From IMG/VR virus record IMGVR_UViG_3300045988_046657: a stretch of 30,882 nucleotides of DNA; one strand, given 5' to 3'. The notes under the pieces are model-generated. The model saw only the letters and a program-made list of their open reading frames with translations. It was not told the DNA's origin and searched no databases. This document shows positions 25,936-30,882 of the stretch, piece by piece. Numbering within the stretch: position 1 is the first letter of the stretch; every line of letters begins with the position of its first letter. This DNA comes from a virus. A program made the position numbers and the translations under genes.

Positions 25936-26361
25936 ATGAAAACAGTAAATATCTACATAGAAACCACCATAAAATCCCCCATTGTAAAAGATGGGAAATA
26001 CGCATCCGCCCTAGTATTTACTAGGTCAAACGGAGAAGAAGCATACCGGGTCATGAGTGGCGAAGAGTGCGAATCTACTTACAACAGATTGACGCTGATC
26101 GCAATCATAAAATCATTACAAAAATTAAAAGAGCAGTGTCATGTTGTAATTCACACTGATAACGCTTATATCAAAAATATTTCAGAACAAGGAGCGCCGG
26201 AGAAGTGGCGGCGATCCGAGTGGAAAAAAGCCACAGGCGCGGAAGTCCAAAATAAAGAATTATGGAAAATGTACCTTGAGGAAGCGGAGAAACACGAAAC
26301 GGAATTTCGCTTTTGCGCCAGCAATGATTATCAGGGATTGCTAAGAGAAGAACTAACATAA
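25936..26361 (+). CDS. RNase H-like protein with non-canonical active-site residues
   Basis: Aligns by eye along its length with E. coli RNase HI (VNIYIETT/VEIFTDGS; STYNRLTLIAIIKSL/TTNNRMELMAAIVAL; HTDNAYI/STDSQYV; WRRSEWKK/WKKRGWK); D10 is Glu and E48 is Thr. Confidence 0.55.
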   Translation: MKTVNIYIETTIKSPIVKDGKYASALVFTRSNGEEAYRVMSGEECESTYNRLTLIAIIKSLQKLKEQCHVVIHTDNAYIKNISEQGAPEKWRRSEWKKATGAEVQNKELWKMYLEEAEKHETEFRFCASNDYQGLLREELT

Positions 26362-26371
26362 GGAGGACACC

Positions 26372-26632
26372 ATGAGAATTACAAAAGAAGCAAGATGCGC
26401 GAAAAACGCAAGGGAATACATCGGCAACCGCCCAAGACTCGTTGAAGGAAAGATATATACGTTGATTTTCCGACAGCAGCCGGAAAGAAGCGAAAAACAC
26501 ACTGCCATCAAGAAACGGATGCGCTTTTTAAAAGCGTTTCCACACCACGCACTTTTTGAAAACCCTTACGGGATCAAAAGATCGTTTACCTGGTGGGAAG
26601 TGGAAAAATTACTGAAAGGAGAGCAGATATGA
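26372..26632 (+). CDS. hypothetical basic protein
   Basis: 86-aa ORF; RBS AAGGAGGACACC. Confidence 0.35.
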   Translation: MRITKEARCAKNAREYIGNRPRLVEGKIYTLIFRQQPERSEKHTAIKKRMRFLKAFPHHALFENPYGIKRSFTWWEVEKLLKGEQI

Positions 26633-27978
26633 TACAAGATATTGCAATCGAACAGTTAGACATACACCCGCAGAACGTGCGGAAGGTATACACCGACATT
26701 GACGAGCTGGCGGAAAGCATAAAAGCTCGTGGCGTAATGCAAAATTTGACTGTAGTACCAAACCCGGACAAAAAAGACCACTATCTTGTAGTGATCGGAA
26801 ACCGAAGACTGACGGCAGCGAGAAAAGCGGGATTGAAAACAATGCCCTGTTCCGTTGTGGAAATGACGGAAAAAGAGCAAATATCAACGATGTTGTTGGA
26901 AAACATGCAGCGCAGCGATCTATCAGTAAGCGAGCAAGCACAAGGATTCCAGCTCATGTTGGATTTGGGAGAAACAGAAACAACAATCGCGGAAAAGACC
27001 GGATTTAGCAGAAGTACAGTACGACATAGGTTAAATCTTGCAAAACTGGATCAAGAAACACTTACGAGGCGCGAAGAAAATAAGGACTTCCAACTCACAT
27101 TAACGGACCTTTACGAGCTGGAGAAGGTACAAGACATCAAAAAAAGGAATGAAATCCTTAAGACTGCAGTATCGTCACGCGAAATCGCATGGAAAGCAAA
27201 ACAGGCCGTGAAAGAAGAAAAAATAAAGAAAAACGCTCAAATAGTGTTTGAAATACTGGAAGAAAAAGGAGTAAAAGCCGCGCCGAAAAGAGCGAAAGAA
27301 GAAAGATGGACCGGAAAATGGAAAGAGATAACAAATATTGATCTATCACAGTGGGAGGATCAAACAAAAATCGATCTGCAAGACACAAAAGATCAGCTCT
27401 ATTATTATCAATACTACGATAGGATCTATGTAGTAAAAAAAGTAATACAAAAAGAGCGGGAAAAAACGGAACAGGAAAAGAAAACGGAGAAAATCAAGGA
27501 AAACAAAAGAAAAATAACGGAAATCCTGAAAAGGATGAGAAGGGAAAGGGACGATTTTATTAAAGAACTTGTGTCGGGAAAAATCACAATACCGAAAGAA
27601 GTTGATGTAAAAGAAACAGGCTGGAAGATCATGATAAACCGGATAACGGACGGCGGAAGCGTAGCACACATGAACGCGGTGTATGGATTTTACGGGATCG
27701 AAAACGCGTACGAAGCGAAAGAAGAGGAAAAAGAACGGATCGAAAAAGAATTTGCAGAAATAAGCCAAGAAAAGCAAATGCTGATCCTCTTGACCCGGAC
27801 GGCAGAGCCGTACGAAGCAACTGACTATTACGGACACTACAAAAAAGGGATGAAATGCCTAAGAGACTTCTATAGATTACTTCAGCAGATGGGGTTCTCA
27901 TTTCGATCACTGGAAGAACTAAAGATCCTAAACGGGACTCATGAGTTATACACACAGGAGACGGAAGATGAGCATTGA
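26629..27978 (+). CDS. ParB/Srx N-terminal-domain protein with long charged coiled-coil C-terminus
   Basis: LVVIGNRRLTAARKAGL is a ParB box-II-like arginine motif; start ATG at 26629 (RBS AAAGGAGAG) inside the longer track ORF. Confidence 0.6.
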   Translation: MIQDIAIEQLDIHPQNVRKVYTDIDELAESIKARGVMQNLTVVPNPDKKDHYLVVIGNRRLTAARKAGLKTMPCSVVEMTEKEQISTMLLENMQRSDLSVSEQAQGFQLMLDLGETETTIAEKTGFSRSTVRHRLNLAKLDQETLTRREENKDFQLTLTDLYELEKVQDIKKRNEILKTAVSSREIAWKAKQAVKEEKIKKNAQIVFEILEEKGVKAAPKRAKEERWTGKWKEITNIDLSQWEDQTKIDLQDTKDQLYYYQYYDRIYVVKKVIQKEREKTEQEKKTEKIKENKRKITEILKRMRRERDDFIKELVSGKITIPKEVDVKETGWKIMINRITDGGSVAHMNAVYGFYGIENAYEAKEEEKERIEKEFAEISQEKQMLILLTRTAEPYEATDYYGHYKKGMKCLRDFYRLLQQMGFSFRSLEELKILNGTHELYTQETEDEH

Positions 27979-28333
27979 CTATTCGGACATGGCTTTCCCG
28001 AAGCCGAGAAAGAAGAAAAAACGGAAAATCCACAAAAAAAGCATTTTAAACAGTCAAAAGGGCATTTGCTACTTATGCGCCCGGTTAAACGGCGACTATT
28101 CCGTAAAGCAGACGGAAGAGCATCATATCCTGTTCGGGGCAGGACAAAGAGCGATATCTGAAGAAAACGGGTTAAAAGTAGACCTATGCATTGAGCATCA
28201 TCGAACGGGGCAGCAGGCAGTACACAACAGCCGAAAAACAAGGGAGCTGCTCTGTAAAATCGCACAAACAGAGTTTGAAAAGGTTCACACCCGAAAAGAA
28301 TGGGAACAGATCGCAAGGAAGAACTACCTCTAG
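27968..28333 (+). CDS. HNH-like Cys/His-cluster nuclease-like protein
   Basis: CYLCAR...EEHHILFGAGQR...LCIEHHR; start ATG at 27968 (RBS GGAGACGGAAG). Confidence 0.4.
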   Translation: MSIDYSDMAFPKPRKKKKRKIHKKSILNSQKGICYLCARLNGDYSVKQTEEHHILFGAGQRAISEENGLKVDLCIEHHRTGQQAVHNSRKTRELLCKIAQTEFEKVHTRKEWEQIARKNYL

Positions 28334-28345
28334 TACCTCCGCCAT

Positions 28346-28588
28346 ATGGCGATGATACATATAAAATGTCACGCGCAACCAGTAAATACAGGGTTCCCCG
28401 CCGTTTTGTGCGGCGGGAGAAAGGAGAAAAACGTGAGGATCTTAAAAATAAAAACAAAAACAGGCATCAAGACCGTTTATAACGTGATTGATTGGGGTTG
28501 GAACGCAGAAACAGGCGATCTTTACTATAGATCGGGAAAAGAATTGCATCACAAACGCTGTATAAGTGTCGAAGAAATTATAGTATAA
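28346..28588 (+). CDS. hypothetical protein (true start possibly the GTG at 28433)
   Basis: ORF track; RBS AAAGGAGAAAAAC precedes the 28433 GTG. Confidence 0.25.
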   Translation: MAMIHIKCHAQPVNTGFPAVLCGGRKEKNVRILKIKTKTGIKTVYNVIDWGWNAETGDLYYRSGKELHHKRCISVEEIIV

Positions 28589-28624
28589 AAGGATAGAAAA
28601 AAGGATCAATCAAAAACCTGCTAC

Positions 28625-28642
28625 AAACAGTAATTACTGTTT
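28625..28642. promoter_or_regulatory. perfect 18-bp palindrome AAACAGTAATTACTGTTT (candidate operator)
   Basis: Directly visible; intergenic, upstream of the 28694 gene. Confidence 0.3.
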
Positions 28643-28693
28643 TGAAGTGGGATTTTGACATCTCGAAAAAAAGGATGAAAAAGAGGAAAAACA

Positions 28694-29077
28694 ATGGCAA
28701 AAAGAAACGATTACATAACAGGACGGGAAGATGGATTATTAATGGCGCTTGAAATCGTCAAAAATGAGGGTGTCGAAGCGTTGGAAAAAGAAATCAAATT
28801 CAGGAATGTCACCGGAATCCGTACCGCCTTAGCAAAAAAAGACATTAACAGGGCGACAATCAAGATCAAAGAACAGACAGTAGACACAGTAACAATCCTT
28901 TCCGTGGCAACCTTACATGACGAGTTCGGCTTCGGAACACAAAGATGCGACCGATTTATTAAGAGGTTTAACAAAAAGGCGGAATGCATCATGGATGACA
29001 TGGCAAGCTGGAACGATTATATAAAAACGATCAAAGAGGAACTAGGGATTGAGCTAGGAATCAGAGAGAACAAGTAA
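28694..29077 (+). CDS. hypothetical protein
   Basis: 127-aa ORF; RBS AAGAGGAAAAAC. Confidence 0.4.
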   Translation: MAKRNDYITGREDGLLMALEIVKNEGVEALEKEIKFRNVTGIRTALAKKDINRATIKIKEQTVDTVTILSVATLHDEFGFGTQRCDRFIKRFNKKAECIMDDMASWNDYIKTIKEELGIELGIRENK

Positions 29078-29167
29078 GGGACGAAGAAGAAATTGCAGAA
29101 CATGACACATATGAATACAACATCTGGAATATACGGGAATTAGATTAGAGTTTTAATGAGGTAGAAG

Positions 29168-29587
29168 ATGAATAGACAAATACTTTTTAAAGCAAAGAGA
29201 AAAGATAATGGTGAATGGGTGGAAGGATATTATGTTTATTGCAGGAAACGCCGCTATATTCTCCAGATCCTAAATAAAGAAATAGGTTTTGATGAAAGAG
29301 AAAATGAATGGATTGAAATCGACCCCGGCACCATCTGCCAGTACACAGGACTTACTGACAAGAACGGTAATAAGATTTGGGAGAATGATATCTGCAATAG
29401 AAAAGAAAAATATCCTGAAATCGTGACATACAATAAAGGAGATTGGCAGTTAGATTACAGTTATGTATTTGGAAAAGAGATGCACACAGACGCTTGCAAT
29501 CTTGGATTTTATGTATGTGAAAGGAACTGTGTTGAAGTAATCGGCAATATTTTTGATAATGCAGATTTGTTGGAGGTGGAGAGATAA
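29168..29587 (+). CDS. YopX-family protein
   Basis: ILFKAKRKDNGEWVEGYYV ... VEVIGNIFDNADLL matches YopX N- and C-terminal signatures. Confidence 0.6.
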   Translation: MNRQILFKAKRKDNGEWVEGYYVYCRKRRYILQILNKEIGFDERENEWIEIDPGTICQYTGLTDKNGNKIWENDICNRKEKYPEIVTYNKGDWQLDYSYVFGKEMHTDACNLGFYVCERNCVEVIGNIFDNADLLEVER

Positions 29588-29869
29588 ATGAAAGCACCTA
29601 AAGAAATAGCAAGTAAAGCAGAAAGATATAAGGAGCTAAAAAAAGAAATAGATAAACTTTATGAAGAATTGGAAGAGTTTGCTAATGAAAATGGTTTTGA
29701 GGATTTTTGGATAGACGGTTTTGGGGTATCTCAAGAACCAAACGGAGAAGAACAAACAGATGGAGAATATTGTGACCAATGGATGCGCGGGGAAGATTCC
29801 GGAGATGGAATATATTACTATCCGATTGAAGGAAGTACGCAATATTTTTGGGTAGCATATTCATTTTGA
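29588..29869 (+). CDS. hypothetical acidic protein
   Basis: 93-aa ORF; RBS TTGGAGGTGGAG. Confidence 0.4.
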   Translation: MKAPKEIASKAERYKELKKEIDKLYEELEEFANENGFEDFWIDGFGVSQEPNGEEQTDGEYCDQWMRGEDSGDGIYYYPIEGSTQYFWVAYSF

Positions 29870-29930
29870 TTGGAGGTGAAGTGATGCTAAAACCAGCGCA
29901 ATTATACAAAGAGGAATTAGAAAAACTTTT

Positions 29931-30371
29931 TTGAGGACATGGTACGACCTTAAATATATGTTCTATAGCGGATGGACAGGGAGCGAACTACCAACAATTC
30001 CTGACAATAATTATGACGCTCATCATTTCGCATCAGTTGATAACAATGGAAATGTGATTGGGTACATATCTTATCGTATAAGTTGGATAACAATGAGTGC
30101 AGATAACTTCGGAATTATAAGTTTTGGAAATCATATAGAGTTCGCAAGAGATGTTTATAAAGTGATTTGTGATTTATTTGAAAAACACGGCATGAATAGA
30201 GTATCATGGAGTGCATTTGTCGAGAACCCAGCAGTTAAAGGATATAGAAATTTTATTAAAAAGCATGGCGGTAGAGAGTGTGCTTATCATAGACAGGTTG
30301 CAAAACTACTGGATGGAAAGTTGCATGACGATGTGGAATTCGAGATTTTAGCATGTGAATTTAAGAAATAG
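29931..30371 (+). CDS. hypothetical protein, tentatively GNAT-like fold
   Basis: Beta-rich region then FVENPAVKGYRNFIKKHGGRE resembling the GNAT C-terminal motif; start uncertain (ATG at 29958); a 16-aa upstream ORF with strong RBS ends at 29934. Confidence 0.3.
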   Translation: MRTWYDLKYMFYSGWTGSELPTIPDNNYDAHHFASVDNNGNVIGYISYRISWITMSADNFGIISFGNHIEFARDVYKVICDLFEKHGMNRVSWSAFVENPAVKGYRNFIKKHGGRECAYHRQVAKLLDGKLHDDVEFEILACEFKK

Positions 30372-30389
30372 TTTGTTGGAGGTGGAGCA

Positions 30390-30626
30390 ATGAAATATAA
30401 ATGCAAGAAGTCTTTTTGCGTAGATAGATACGACGAAGATGGATTTCTAATCGAAAATAGTTCGATTGTAATCGACGAAGGAAAAGCTTATGAATTAGAT
30501 GAAAGCGGTCACATGATGATTGGCGGTCAAGACCATGTTCATATTGATGCTGTAGATTATGGTTCGTGGCTGGAAATAACCAAAAAGCATTTTGAAGAAT
30601 ACTTTGAACTGTTGAAGGTGGAGTGA
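30390..30626 (+). CDS. hypothetical protein
   Basis: 78-aa ORF; RBS TTGGAGGTGGAG. Confidence 0.4.
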   Translation: MKYKCKKSFCVDRYDEDGFLIENSSIVIDEGKAYELDESGHMMIGGQDHVHIDAVDYGSWLEITKKHFEEYFELLKVE

Positions 30627-30823
30627 TGGAAGATGTAGAAGTTGTAGTTAGGTGTATTCCTACCTCTGTTGTATTTGAATGTCCGTATTGCGAAGAAGAA
30701 AATGAATATGATTATTCAGAATTCTGTGATTTATGTGGACACCCGTCAGATTGGGATTATGAAATATTAGAATGTCAAAAATGCGGAAAGAAGTTTGAAA
30801 TACAAGGTCAAGAATGGAGTTGA
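30623..30823 (+). CDS. small zinc-ribbon protein
   Basis: CPYCEEE...CDLCGH...CQKCGKK gives three CxxC pairs. Confidence 0.45.
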   Translation: MMEDVEVVVRCIPTSVVFECPYCEEENEYDYSEFCDLCGHPSDWDYEILECQKCGKKFEIQGQEWS

Positions 30824-30837
30824 GAACATGAACGTAC

Positions 30838-30882
30838 TAGAGAAGATTCTGGAAGAGATTGAAGAAGCGACATTTCAAGAAG
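30838..30882 (+). repeat. terminal 45-bp exact duplicate of positions 1..45 (circular assembly overlap)
   Basis: Identical sequence; the ORF reads through the junction. Confidence 0.95.

Noticed and set aside
29884-29958. Possible programmed -1 frameshift joining a 16-aa ORF to the 146-aa ORF at an A5CT6 tract
   Set aside because: No canonical X-XXY-YYZ heptamer or downstream structure seen. More simply the 146-aa gene starts at an internal ATG; noted only as start-site uncertainty.

Overview
The window reads as a complete temperate siphovirus-like phage genome of about 30.8 kb from a low-GC Firmicutes host, with tight gene packing and GGAGG-type ribosome-binding sites. It appears to be circularly closed, because bases 30838..30882 are an exact copy of bases 1..45 and an ORF runs across the junction. 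Modules in order: early/late regulators (ArpU-like, HNH); an unusually ordered packaging/head block (portal, then MuF, then two small ORFs, then large terminase, with no recognisable small terminase); scaffold, capsid, connectors and a tail block (major tail protein, chaperones, 680-aa tape measure, Dit, Tal-like, CBM5/12-like receptor-binding protein); holin plus amidase endolysin; a minus-strand lysogeny operon (large serine integrase, lipoprotein, small ORF, cI-like repressor interrupted by a 1-nt frameshift) facing a Cro-like gene; an early accessory region with several duplicated or cassette-like elements; and a replication module with an HUH rolling-circle Rep next to a large inverted repeat, an RNase H-like protein and a ParB-like protein. 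The most unusual locus is 22.9..25.0 kb: a gene with 26 near-identical tandem 18-bp repeats encoding a perfect hexapeptide-repeat protein, where the repeat block is open in all six frames and the gene is flanked by ~330-bp direct repeats that each carry a paralogous 68-aa gene. Nearby, two paralogous antisense small genes share a conserved, covarying structured leader. All functional calls come from motif recognition by eye; no database searches were run.
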